62,891 nucleotides of DNA, filler included, from Sphacelaria rigidula (GCA_964200075.2; 10 parts of 10 records of this genome joined end to end with filler, not necessarily neighbours in it); one strand, 5' to 3'. Shown: positions 50,394 through 62,891, counted from the first letter of the whole stretch. Translations and numbers: made by a program. The notes: generated from the letters alone by a model not told the origin.

Positions 50394-53300
50394 CAAATTT
50401 GGACAATCTTTGAGAAACGAAGAAATTACGGATTCTGCATACTTCTGACGCTGACTACTGTAGTGATACAGTGATCAAGCCAAGCACGCCTTGATTTGGT
50501 GCGACATTGCCCCCAGGGCAGTGACCAGGAGAAGGTATACCATACTATCGATTTGGTCACTTCGGGGTACACTGTTTGTGGACGATGTCCACAACTTCCA
50601 AACTGCGATAAAACAGCTTCCTTTCTTGTCCAGGAAGGGTGTCATATGCGTAGGTGGCCGAAACGAGTTATACAAGTAAGTCGACAGAAGCGGCAAGATG
50701 CAGCCGAAGAGGTGATGGCCCTAAAACATGAGTACCAACATCACAAGTGACTGCACTCTGCTATACTGTACTACTGTAGGCGAGTGGCGCGGGGGGGTGG
50801 GGGAGGGGGTACAGGTCAGCTCGACGGAACGCCTGAAACTTTGAGGTTCGCTTAGCACAATCATCCCGCCTGTTTCCGATAGCCTTTTTCACAACTACAG
50901 TAGTACATGCGTGGCAAGGACGTGACGTTGCTGCGTATCCTCGACAAATAGCAACAGGTGGAATCGGGTGCCCTCCACGCCTCTACTTTTCGCTGCAAGT
51001 AACTCTCTCTGAAACCACTGTTGTTGCTCCTGTTGATTACCCTATACTTGTAATGGAGCGGCAAAAAGCGGAGACAACCAGGAAGGTACTGTAGCTCTTG
51101 TTCTGGGCAGTGCCATGCTACTGCGGAAAATCGCGATTGTCGCCATCGTCAGCGCACACCATGTACTTGACCGATTGCAGTGAGATATTAGGGTCCGACC
51201 TACAACCTCGGAAAACACGGATGGAATGATCCCCCAATAATACCACAAAAAGACACGAACGGTCGGAGGATATGATCATCATACATTTTGTCTCGATCGA
51301 GGAACGAGTCACTTCCTGGACGAATGAGGAATTCATACATGATAATGATAAGGAACGCACCGTTTATCGGGACTCGGGTGACGCCGGGAACGTTGTCGTT
51401 TTTCCAATCACAACCTGAACGCAGTCTGTTCCACACGCGCGCGCGCGAACATGACAGCACTGCTGCTGCATACAATTCGGTCTACACCACACGAGACCAC
51501 CACTACTACTACTGCTGCAAAACACCGTTATCTTGACGTGGTGAGTAGTACACGAAGAATGACATCTCGCACACCTTTACCTACCCCCCCACGCGCCTGC
51601 CCGGCACACTTTGTGTCAATTCGTTCCCATTCTTCCCCCTCCTGTTCCCTTTCCCCCCTTAGTTCGGGTGTCCACTGCGCGTTACTCTCAAAAACATGCT
51701 GAATACCTGCTTACATGCCGTTGGTTGGATTCGCTTCATCTAACACTCGTGGTTGGAGACGGCCCCCAAACTAAACCATCCCCTGCGACGACCTCGGACA
51801 AAATGTACCAAAAACAACAATGGCAACATACATCCAAGCTTGCGCCAACAGATAATATCGGAGGTGACATAAACGATGAGTTCACGACAGTGGTGGTGTG
51901 AGAAAGTGGTTTTGTGGCAAAATGCATCACCCACAACACCTCCTTATTGATTTTTACTTTCATATTATTCTTCTGCAGACGCGCTCCAAGCAAGCCTTCT
52001 TACCGGAGCCCTCTACCCCCTACTTGCCCCCAACCATCCACGAGGCTGACCCCATCATGATTCTCTCTGTCTCTTCCACGGCCCGCAGGTATCGTAGAAC
52101 CGGCCGCGGGCTGGCTGCCGTCTCAGGGGGGATACCTGGATCGTATGCTACCCTCCCCGCGCACAAGGGGGGGCGGGGGTAGGGATACCCCGACTCCGAC
52201 GCTGCCCGCAGTTCATAAATTAGTACGGGATCGCTCTCTGAAGGATTTTGTGTGGTGTTTGGGACTGGAGAATGAACGGTGGTCTGGTCCTCTCCCCTCC
52301 ACCCTCCCTCCCGAAGGGTCCAAACCCAGTAAGTGGGTACGTACGTGTAGAAAACCAATATTTCGTGTACCCTTGAAAAAATATGTCATTTTTACACACC
52401 ATCCACCTACTGTACACTGCAGCAGCCATCCACGGCCTTTTCATCCTTTATGCGTCGACCCACCGTGCCCCCATAACCTTCACCTTACTCTACACCGACT
52501 CACAAAAATGGGTGTGCCGATCCGGAATTGATTCTGCAGATTTCTCATCCACCACCCACCAACTCACGCTTGCACAATGAATGCTTTCTCATATACTCTG
52601 AATTTTTCAGCATCTGAATCTCGTGGTCGGAAATCAAAACTTGGTTTTATGTTCAGCAAAATCTCATGATCCCGCGGCTCTTGCGCCAAGTACCGACGAC
52701 ATGAATACCCCCCCTTCCCCCCCCCCGCCCCTCCCCTCACCCCTCCCCTCCTGAACCCAAGTTTTGGACACAGACACACAGACACACACAGAACGTTGTA
52801 ACGACAACTGTTGCCAAATATTTACCTTGATGCACCGAACAATGATGAGACAAAAACAACGTCACAGCTGACCGATGAAGACACTGGAGATATCACCGGA
52901 GGGATGCGCAGGTTACGGCGTCGTTCATTAGGAAGTCGGCAGCCTTCGATTTCCACGCAATTGATACCGATCAAACACAGGGGAGACGACACGCCAGACT
53001 CATATGGAGCCATGTGTACGTCCGTCCAAACAGGACGCGAATGAAAACGTGTGAAGCAGAACGCACGAAAAAGCATACTAATGCGTTCTTCTCTCAGATA
53101 CTTGTGGTTTAACAAAGAACACACACGTGGTGATCATATACGAAATGAGCAAATGACTCGACATCCATCGCCAGTCGTTAACTTCTCTGAATCGCCACAG
53201 AATATAAACACAAATCCACGTGACATGCACACCAGGGAGCTGAGTAGTTACCTGCCGGTCTGCTCTCCCGAATACTCATATGTGGGTGTCAAATCAGGGG

Positions 53301-54852
53301 TATCGTCACCACCTCTCCGCAGATTCTCATTGTAAGTCCAACTTGCGACAATATTTGCAGCATCAGGATCCTGCTTACACTTCTTTTTTTCCTTCCGAGT
53401 CTCTACCCCTTCGGTGACACCCTGTGAGAGAGCCACATACAGTGCACAAGCAACGCCTGGCCGTGCGCCACAGAAAGTCACGACTTTGTGCACTAAAAAT
53501 GGACTCCTGCAGTACGCTTAACATCGCGTAATTTACAACCCTCGAGATTAACCGTCTCGGTACAAAAATCAGGACTGACTTAAATCACCAACCCTGCTCG
53601 TGCTGACTGAAAAAATCACGCGAAGTACACACGCTGGAGAAAGAACATGGTAACTAGAAAATGACACGAGGCATTGCTGTACTACTCCGCGAGCAGAACA
53701 TTGAGGCACCGCGAGACACCCCTCTTGCTCCCAAGCGAACTTTTCACCCTACGTTCTCTTTCGGCGCTTATAACAACCCCTCAGAACGAACCCCGCCAGC
53801 AGTCAACGCCATCATCCACGAACAACACAAGCAAAAGCCGCTGTGGGAGAAGGGCATACGCACACAAACTCTCTTTTTTCCTTCACTTCTAATGCCTCCC
53901 ATTCTTCGGGACGAGCAAATGGTCACAAGGGATCGCTTTTGCTACTCGCGTCTTCCCCTTTTTAAGGACGGAATCAGATCCTAGAGCTTCTTAGCAAGCC
54001 AAACTAGATCCAGCTCGCGAGAATCGAACCGATGTCTCTTTCGTGCCCAATGGTTTCAGCTGTGCCATAGATGGACACTGGGGGGGGCGAGGTCCTACGA
54101 TGAATATACCGAATGCCTTCTTTTGTGGGTGCCAAGTAGCACATCGGCAGGTATCATAACTAGAAAGTATGGAACGTATGCCTGCTGGGCGGTGCCAGCT
54201 GCTTGCTTACTTCCGGACAAACGATCTTGTCGTGCGCTGAGCTAGATCACGGCAGAGCGGCATTCCAATCACGGAGCTGTCCAAATTCGAGCAACTTCTT
54301 CGACACCACCGGCACATGGTGAGTGCTTTGGTCGAGCACACGCCCATAACACCACATTCCCTAAAGTGGCGCACTGCTGTACCACCTGTCCCTTGCAACA
54401 CACCCACCACACCCTCGCCGCATCGATAATTATCCACCGTACTGTACATCGCCGGAGAACCGTCCCAGAGCGTTTCTTCTCCAAACTAGGCCCAACAACC
54501 TCCACCACACGTTTATAACGGCCATTTTAGAAATGATGTGTCACCACCAATGCGCCACGGCAACTAGACGAACGCTATCTCATGACACACACGTACAAAA
54601 CAATATCCTCCCCTTCCTTCCTCCTCCCTCCCGGACATGTCACAGCACCCCAGTGAAAGGGTCGTAGTTCGTAGCCCGGAGACAAGCCAGAGGTTTAAAG
54701 AGACGATCACCCCGCCTGGAAGATATCCCGCCGCTTGATCCCCTTCTACTCTTGCGTGTCCCCAAAGACTTCCATGGAGCCCAGTACCAACCTGAGCCGA
54801 TATCCGCAGCATGAGGGACGCGCACATACACAAGGGGGCAGGGGGGTGATGG

Positions 54853-54960
54853 TGGGGGGGGGAGGTACTCATGATCTTGCATGGCCTAGTCATACGATCA
54901 TTGACCTCGCATCCCTACAAAGCCGGGACGGAGCACACAGGGGTTTCGCCGGACCAGGCT
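54853..54960 (+). repeat. Poly-G-headed repeat R1
   Basis: Full R1 copy. Confidence 0.9.
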
Positions 54961-55350
54961 CGCTCGGGCGGGTACTTCGCAGATGTTGATCAATGATTCG
55001 GTCGCGCTACGTCAACTGATCTGCTGGGGATCTAGTCGTGATCACGACGTACATGGTCGAGATGTACTGTTTCTGACCGCTTTGGGCGGCATACTCCGTA
55101 AAGTTGTTCTGAACGCTTTGCCAGCCGTCGTATAATGATTCTGACTACTACGCTATGATGCAACACTCATCACTAGACAGGACTCGCACCCTGCCTCCGA
55201 CGTCAACAAAACCAATTCGTGGTATCATTTGACGAGTTGACTTAAACATAACAGCATGCCACACCAAAGAGTATCCTCGCCTAAATCTTGCAGCATTGCA
55301 AACTCACCTTTGAGTATCATTGTTCCTTATCGAAAATATTTATATATATA

Positions 55351-55949
55351 CTCCCTCTGTTTCATAAGTCTGGGAACCTATCTTAGCACGAGCCCTTAAC
55401 GGTGTCCGACTTAATTTTGAATTTTTTTTATCGCATTCGTTGGCATTTTTTTCAGCTAAAATCAACACTCTACAAGGTGGGTGCTCGACGCGTGCAGTCT
55501 CGCGGTCGAGAAAAAGTAGGTCGGCCAAAAAGCGGCAATTTTTCGCTCTTTTTCGCAGTAAGCATGGGGGATCCGGGAACACGAAAAATCGCGAGAAACC
55601 GTGAAAAAACTATGAAAATCGCAAAAGAACCGGTGATTTTGGATATCTCCGTGACGTTAACCTACGCACGCCTCATCAAACATATTTTCAACATGTAATC
55701 GCGAGTGTTTGCCGTAAAAACGTCCAAAAGTGGTCTCTATTGGGGGTATACGTGGACCAAAAATCGGCCAAAATGGGCATATTTTGACTTCATTTTAGTA
55801 TGGCTCACTAACTTTTTTTGCACTTTTTTTCTGCATCAGCTTCGTCGGCGTTTTCCTTCCAACGAACCCAACTATAGGATGATCGGAAGGGTTTGAATGC
55901 GCAAACGATTAAACGTCCATAAGTGCTCAGACTTATGAAACAGAGGACG
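55351..55949. mobile_element. Tc1/mariner (Stowaway-like) MITE, 599 bp
   Basis: TIRs CTCCCTCTGTTTCATAAGTCTG / CAGACTTATGAAACAGAGGACG, TA on both flanks; related single termini near 11645-11668, 18952-18975 and 30745-30768. Confidence 0.85.
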
Positions 55950-56592
55950 TATAACATCTACTCATGATGGTGCACGACTGGGAAATAATCCAACAGGTTG
56001 CCTTGTAATGCCGCCAGAGCGAGAGGTTAGAGATTGCGTGCTACTCTTTTATATACCGAAGATAGCACATAAAAGTAATACTCGGTTCGTGACAAACATT
56101 GAACACTCTTCAGATGGCGGCCGCGAACTTCAAGGGGGCACTGTCATAAACAAGCGAGATTGCTTTTTACTGTACACAAACCGTATGCAATAAAAAACAC
56201 TTGAAAAAGATCAAACAGCAACCGCGTAAGGTTCTCCTCGAATTTCGAGAAAAGAAACACATATCGAGGGGGGAGCAGATCGTCATCCCAAGCCTGAGCA
56301 TTTCCATAGCTTGTCGATTTTTCATCGGCCTACATTACTTTTGCCAATTTCTCATTTGTCACGTTTTCGGGTGACGGGAGCCAGGAAAAATCAAAGATAT
56401 AGCACACACATATCGTCGAGATTCGGACCCCCCCAAAACGCGCTCCGTTGCTTCGTCTCGAAAGAGATGCGTAATCCATGGTCAAACGACCAAGGCAAGC
56501 AACGAATAAGAACCCCCCCCCCCCCCCCCCCCCCCCCCACCCCACCACCACAAACCCACCACACCCCCCACGAAAAAAAACACAGGTCCAAC

Positions 56593-56692
56593 NNNNNNNN
56601 NNNNNNNNNNNNNNNNNNNNNNNNNNNNNNNNNNNNTTAATTAATTAANNNNNNNNNNNNNNNNNNNNNNNNNNNNNNNNNNNNNNNNNNNN
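56593..56692. other. Artificial contig spacer
   Basis: Same 100-bp linker. Confidence 0.99.
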
Positions 56693-56813
56693 CTCTGTGT
56701 TCCCCCGTGGCCGCTACATGCGGTCTCAAAAACTATGCTGTCCTTCTTTCAAACTAAAATCAAGTAGTTTGCGATTTCACCACGGCACGATAAAGTTCAT
56801 CGCACAAAAGCGA

Positions 56814-57100
56814 AAAACCTCACGCCGGTTTGAGGAGTTAGACCCTGAAATTTTGTACAACTGTGCTTTGGGTCATTATACAACTTTGGATGCACGAGCT
56901 TTTAATTTGTATTTTTCTGTTACCGTTTCACGGGGGTTCGATTCGGTCGAGGTTTCCCCCCCAAAACTTGGACCCCCAAAAAACGGTGAAAAAAGTAAAA
57001 AAAAAAACTGAAAAAAACGACATTCGAAAGTTGCGTGATTACCCATACAACATTCGTGCAAAATTTCAGGGTCTAACTCCTTAAAACAGCGTAAGGTTTT
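56814..57100. mobile_element. MITE with ~45-bp TIRs (family of 19705-20461)
   Basis: AAAACCTCACGCCGGTTTGAGGAGTTAGACCCTGAAATTTTG is inverted at ~57059-57100. Confidence 0.7.
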
Positions 57101-59666
57101 GTCGATGAGTGTTTTTTGGATGATCAACGTGAACCAGCCTGTACAGGAAGTTTCAAAATCATGCATGCGATACGTCAGATGAAGCAAGTTGCTCACGCTC
57201 AGGGGCCGTGCGAGCACGTCGGAGAAGTAGGAATACTTGAGGCACTCTTAGAGAATGGATGTCCCATATTTGTGCCGAAAAGCGCTACCGTTTGCACCAA
57301 GATACGGCAAAGTTTTCATGTTCTGACGCTCTGTGACCTATGGATATGCTTCGTATGATTTCGAGTTTCGGATTGTGCCCTCGTCCTTTCCGTAGCTGGG
57401 CACGCGATTAATGTAGAGCTCTATGGCAGAGCCACCGACTGCTAACAACGTTTTCGGGTAATTGAGAGTAGAGGGCGGATTGGGAGTGGCTTGGATCATT
57501 CGCTTTAGCGTGGCCAACTTTCCATTCCGTGTGTGCTTTTCGTTGTCTCTATCACTGCCGCGTGCTTACAGCTACACGTCGATATCCTACTCGGTGATAT
57601 CAAGGGCCTCAGTGGCAAGCTAGTACAGAAAGAATATCGGGCCTCGCGGAGGTGCATTTCGGAACTAAAACGATTCATTTACTCATTGACCGCTCTTCAC
57701 TCTATATAACATCCTCTACTTTCAATTTCACGAAAACATGGTTTGCTGTTGTTGCTTTCTTGAACAATGTAACACGTTTTTGAGCATTCCATAGCTTCAA
57801 CAGAAGACTTTCGTGCCCAGAGAGGGGCTAGACACACGAAAAGCAGCTTCGGCATGTCGTTCGATCCGGTTAGATACTACTGTTTCAAAATGTCGGATCA
57901 CATTCTTCCGTCGAGTTACACCGCAACCGAGTGGCATGTTACCTCGAGGTTCAGCTGAGGGGTCCCACTAGTGAACAAAGTGCATTGTCAGGAGATGCCG
58001 CTATCTGGGGTAAACTTTCTGTTTCGTTGGTACTCGTGTAATATTTCAAGTCTCCGTATACTTTCCGGCATGACCGGGGTTTTAGTTTTCGTCCTTGGAG
58101 AGTTTCGTTTTTTTTTGTGTGTGTGTTCAGCGTATCTTTCGTCAGCGTATGTAGTTCTTGAAAATGACGCTTTCGAAAGCGTGCAATGCTTCTGTCAGAG
58201 TTTTTAGAATCGCATGTGTTGCGTGAAACAAGACAAAGTGTTCAAAAGTGTCAATTTCACGAGCTATTTACGTTGACAAAAGGTCAACGGACTGATTTCA
58301 CGCGCTTCCTAAAGTCTCTGTTTTTGCCTTTGAGATTGGTATCGATTTCTTTATATGAGATAGCTGCAGAAACGCGTACATTTTTTATCAGCGCAATTTT
58401 TATCAGGCTAAGTATTTTTTCCATCCTCGACTTCTTCGATGTGAAGTCACTTTTGCGCGAGGCGAATCAACAAGAGTAAATAATCAACTTGCCGGCCGAG
58501 GCAGGGAGGAAGGTAGGAAGGAAGGCAGGAACAAGTTCAAGTGATCGGTTGCCGCTTGTTGCCCCGCAAGTAGAGGCAGTGCGACTTATTCAACATACCT
58601 GATACAATCTACGATCATGAGAACGTTCTAAGCATGCCTATTATAGTGATACAATATTACTACCCTGCTGCTAGCGTGATCCGCGTGTTGAGTTGGTGGC
58701 GCACTGTACGCTGTGAGCTGGGGGCGCGTTTGGGTTACAGTCAGCACAACTGTACGAGTAGTGTCTTGACATTCGTGTGTCTTCCTCATTCGGCCGAGGC
58801 CACCAGAGCTTGGCACGCACGAGAGATGTGAGTTGTCCACGGCTAGGGGCGTCTTGCTTATGCTACTTTTCATTTCATTTCTAGACCATGCCTTCGAGTG
58901 CGAATGGAAACAAAACCTTACCTGAGGAGTATCTCGTTTGTTTAGCTGTGGAGAGATACGCATCGTCACGGAAGGCAGGCTGCGCCGATGCTATACTGCA
59001 TGTAACCAGGAAGTCTCGACAAGAAACGGCAGACAAGGCTGTCAACGTAAAGGTTGTGAAACACCGACTTAGGAAACGAAGTGTCTGACCATTGAGCCCC
59101 CACTTTACTTGTTGGCGGCTCCTGCAGTGCAGAGCTTAATGCGCAGTGACAGTGTGGTGTGCACTGTAGGTTGTCCGGACAGAACGGCATCATTTACAAC
59201 GGGTATGCTCAAGCTTATGGCATAGACACGGCCCCAAGCAGTGCGTTTGGTTCAAACTAATCAGCCCATCGGAAAGGACCGCGTCATGCCAAGTTACGTT
59301 GACAACGTATTGTGTGTGCGTGGGGGGGTAGTGACGTTCCATTTAGCGCCATAGACAGAAAGGAGGTACATCCCGGTGCTTTTGGAACGAAATAGGGAAA
59401 CGCATTTTTTGCTTTGGGGCGCGGCGCTGCACGCGGGCTGAACACCTGAAAAAAACGTTCCAGCGCCTCAGCCCCACGCCCAAGGTGTCTGGGCAGCATG
59501 CTCGACCATTTTGCTCATTTTCACAAGTGTTACTAGGCTGAACTACGGCGCCGAAAATGAGAGCCTGTGAGAGTAAGTACCCTTGTTTATAAACCAGGAG
59601 GGTACATCCTGCCCTCTACGAACAATGTATCTGTAAGCCGTTTTTGTTCACCTGTCGGGCCTTTTT

Positions 59667-60597
59667 CGTAAAGTGGTGACAATATTGCCGACTCAGCAGA
59701 AGATACGCCGAGCAGTCACAACCAAAGTCATCTTCGGTAAAATTACACCCCACCAGAAGAGGCCGAAACCTAACGACGAAGAGAGTGTAGCCCCCTGCTA
59801 ACTGACCCGAGGACCCGGGAGATCCAACGATGCATACAGGGCGCTTGTGTGCCGGAGCTCACGAAGGTCCAACGAACATGTGTGAACATCTTGCTGACAC
59901 ACACGTCCGAACGGCGTCACGTGGTGACAACATCAGACCGTTGCGGGATCTGCAACTGTTTTCATGATTCAACGACGTTCTACTGAAACCTGAAAAGTGA
60001 ATATGGCCGTTAATTCATGCAGGAAGTATGTATACATACATTTGGGTCTATCAATAAGTTTTTCATGATGCATTTTCCATACTGAAATTTAGGGTCCGAC
60101 TTTAGAAATTGAGGTGAGAATGGGCCTGTAAACGACGAACCCGCTTCTAGGCTGGCGCAGCTCATATTGCTGGTCAAAAATGAACATGGATGTAACAGCT
60201 AGGATGGGGAGGAGGACATTCGATTGTACAGTCCAAGTCATCGGATTCAGGCGTTCTTCCTCTAGTCCGGAATCCGTTCGGTGCTCATCTGTGTTTCCGA
60301 GCCGCAAATTGCAGATCCCGCAACAGTCTGATGTTGTCAGTACGTGACGCCGTTCGGACGTGTGTGTCAGCAAGATGTTCACACATGTTCGTTGGATCTT
60401 CGTGAGCTCCGGCACACAAGCGCCCTGTATGCATCGTTGGATCTCCCGGGTCCTCGAGCCAATTAGCAGGGGGCTACACTCTCTTGGTCGTTGGGTTTCG
60501 GCCTCTTTCGGTGGGGTGTAATTTCACCGAAGATGACTTTGGTTGTGACTGCTCGGCGTATCTTCTGCTGAGTCGGCGATATCGTCACCACTTCACG
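59667..60597. repeat. Long inverted repeat, arms 59667-59955 and 60309-60597, ~350-bp spacer
   Basis: ~290-bp arms, more than 90% identical by eye; no TSD seen. Confidence 0.95.
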
Positions 60598-62274
60598 TCC
60601 GTTGAGTGTTCAAGGAACCTCGATAGCTTGAGAGCGCTGCTTAGATAGTGCGATTCGCTATTGTGTTTCCTACCGTGACAGAAGTGATGAACACTAGGGG
60701 AAATGTGTATGACGACAGCCGGCACAGCGGTTTCAAGGGCTGCAAATACTAGAAGGTGTTAAACCCGCCTCTCACGACTTGTTCGAGCGCACGAGATGAG
60801 GACGGGTGCTAGTCATGACCCCACAGAGCGCTAGAGTGCCGCGATACCTCGCCCTGTAGAGGAGGGCTTAGGGTGTGCTATGTGGGGAGGTAGGTCCAGA
60901 TCGTGTTGGCAGCTACATTCGAAATATTTCACAATACAAAGCTTCCCACATATGTTTGTCGATAATATTGGAATATAGCGATATATTGCTGGCGTAAGCC
61001 TATCGTTTTTCTCCAACTGCTTCCCTGTTGACACGTGCCATTTTGCTGTCGACGTCCGAGAAACCAAAATTTCTCTTTTACTTGATTTTAGAATACGCTT
61101 ATTTTGGTGTCATTTCGTTTTTGAAGCTGTTTGAAGTCATATTTCGCTGTTACTTGGTTCTATTATAGGATACATCTTTCTCTCCGATTGTCTCTCTGGC
61201 ATTTCACTGCACATTAGGGTGTGTTTTGTCCTGCTTGGGTGTGGAGCACCATTTGCTTTCCTTGTTGCGTTCTACATTGGCGTTGGGGCGTTGCGATACC
61301 TTCTGCCGTCTCCGCTGTTCCGCGTCTCAGAGATCCTCTCGACCATATGGACAGTATGGCGTGATGTGGCTACAGTTGAAATCAGTATCATTTTCACTTG
61401 ATGTCAATTTGAGAATCGTAATAAATAAGATTGAAACCCAAGAAACGAGATAACGGCATAAGACGATCAGCGTGAGATCACTCTCATCTGAACACAGTCT
61501 TCTCTCGGGACAGCGCTTGAACACGTGGAGCGTAGGTTGATTTCATACGTGTGTCTTTTCCTTTCTGTTCAGCCCACCGCAGCTTTTCCTGCATGATAAT
61601 GGATGGCTAGGTGCAACAGCTCTTGCCATATTTTTCAAATTTGAATTCAAATTCGAATCGGCATCATTTGTTACGGTTTTTCCACTTCTTGAAACGGCTT
61701 CATTTTCACTCGGATCGGCATACTCTGCATCACGTCTGAGACGTCGCCGTCACCTCGTCTCATTGCCGTCGAAATGAAATATTCACTCATTCTTCCTCTC
61801 TCGGGTCGATGGGCTTAGCGGGCCGCTCTCAAAACCCGTCAAAAAGGCTCCTCTCTCGGGTGTTCTGACGGCAACAGCTAGCAACCCTTGGCGGTTTCGC
61901 TTTCCGAGCCGACAATGCTCGTATAGCAGTACAGAACAGTAGGATGAATCAACTACGGCACGGTGATGCGGCACACGTCGGTGCAGACAGTAGAGTTGCC
62001 CACCATCAGCCGTGGTGTCTCATCGTACACCTCTACAAGGTTTGCTTCCTTTCGCTACTTACACCAGTAAAAACGTACCTTGGCTGTTGATCCTTTGAGC
62101 GTGGCGGCGATAGCCGCCGGAGCCTTATATATTCATATATATATATGCGTGTACCGTGGGACTACATGCGTATCGCCCGCCCAATATATATGTGTGTGTA
62201 TGTCGTGGGGCTGCAAACATATTGCACGCCCACAACATATTCGTACCATGGGATTCCGAACACATAGTCCCATC

Positions 62275-62403
62275 AAAATATACTGGGGCCGTGTGGGCGA
62301 CATCATAGTCCACGACCAAAATATATTGGGGTCACATAGGTGACACCATATTCCCTGGTCAATTTATATTGGGGCCGTATAGGTGACGACATATTGCCTG
62401 ATC
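62275..62403 (+). repeat. 43-bp minisatellite x3
   Basis: AAAATATAYTGGGGYC..RTRGGYGAC.YCATA.. units start at 62275, 62318 and 62361. Confidence 0.85.
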
Positions 62404-62741
62404 ATCGGGGTAGCGTGTTTGGCAATGCACTACCCACTCAGTATACATTGGCCGGGCGTATCGATGCCGAGCATGTGCCCCACCCAACGATATTCCTCGA
62501 GTGCTGTACTCTGCCGCGCCCTTGAAGTCGTCCCATCCAACGAACCTATTGGTGTAGTTCAACAAGTAATGATGTACGGTGCCGCTCATCCCCTTCACAA
62601 TATGTAGTATACGTATAGGCCATCAATATGCGCCTCTTGGTACCCCTCTAGTCACCGGTACTGTACCAATACTGTGTTGCTTGTTTCCTGAACTATACAA
62701 AATGTTCTATGGGCAGGTTGAGGAGAGTATATACTTTCGAG

Positions 62742-62850
62742 TTATTATTAGTATTATTATTTCCGCATATCTGTCCGACAAACCCGTGGTCACAGACGTG
62801 GGCTCGCCTTTCCAATACCGTCCTTGCTATTCCTTACCAGACACATTACC
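62742..62850 (-). mobile_element. (TAA)n-tailed short retroposon, second copy
   Basis: Reverse complement of 44477-44589 with the same 5' boundary GGTAATGTGTCTGG. Confidence 0.75.
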
Positions 62851-62891
62851 ATAATAAAGAAAAAATAAGAAGAGAGACGCTACGAAAACCG

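Noticed and set aside
50529..50675. Possible exon RRRYTILSIWSLRG..GGRNELYK, also 54256-54318 SGIPITELSKFEQLLRHHRHM
   Set aside because: Good splice signals, but no recognisable protein or consistent gene model; left unannotated
6201..56692. Regularly spaced TTAATTAATTAA as a biological repeat or array
   Set aside because: It is embedded in fixed N padding and is a six-frame stop linker, so an assembly artefact
57180..57300. Ankyrin-like GEVGILEALLENGCP
   Set aside because: A single short match with no flanking repeats or splice support

Overview
This window is not one locus. It is ten unrelated eukaryotic contigs (1-6200, then nine of exactly 6199 bp) joined by an artificial 100-bp spacer, N44-TTAATTAATTAA-N44, so no synteny can be inferred across spacers. 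The DNA is roughly 50% GC, intron-rich with canonical GT-AG sites, and has TTAGGG-type interstitial repeats and a ciliary gene. This suggests a stramenopile, probably a brown alga (inference). Gene fragments reconstructed from splice sites: a CCDC113/CFAP263 ciliary coiled-coil gene (7 exons, minus strand, 21153-23828); an eIF4G-like gene with LRPGG repeats and a YxxxxLL eIF4E-binding motif (32562-37529); an FNR/cytochrome-b5-reductase-family oxidoreductase with a ~230-aa insertion in its NAD-binding domain (38009-42715); exon 1 of a PP6/PP4/PP2A-type phosphatase (49267-49344); and two ankyrin exons flanked by what look like decayed kinase domains (contig 1). Much of the rest is mobile DNA: a decayed chromodomain Gypsy element with a probable 3' LTR, tRNA-derived SINEs, hAT- and Stowaway-type MITEs with TSDs, a foldback family with one 1.1-kb fully palindromic member and one short member carrying telomere repeats, and a very abundant poly-G-headed ~100-bp repeat. 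There is no CRISPR or prokaryotic system, and I cannot support a claim of a wholly new biological system. The best leads are the unclassified repeat families and two long hairpins.
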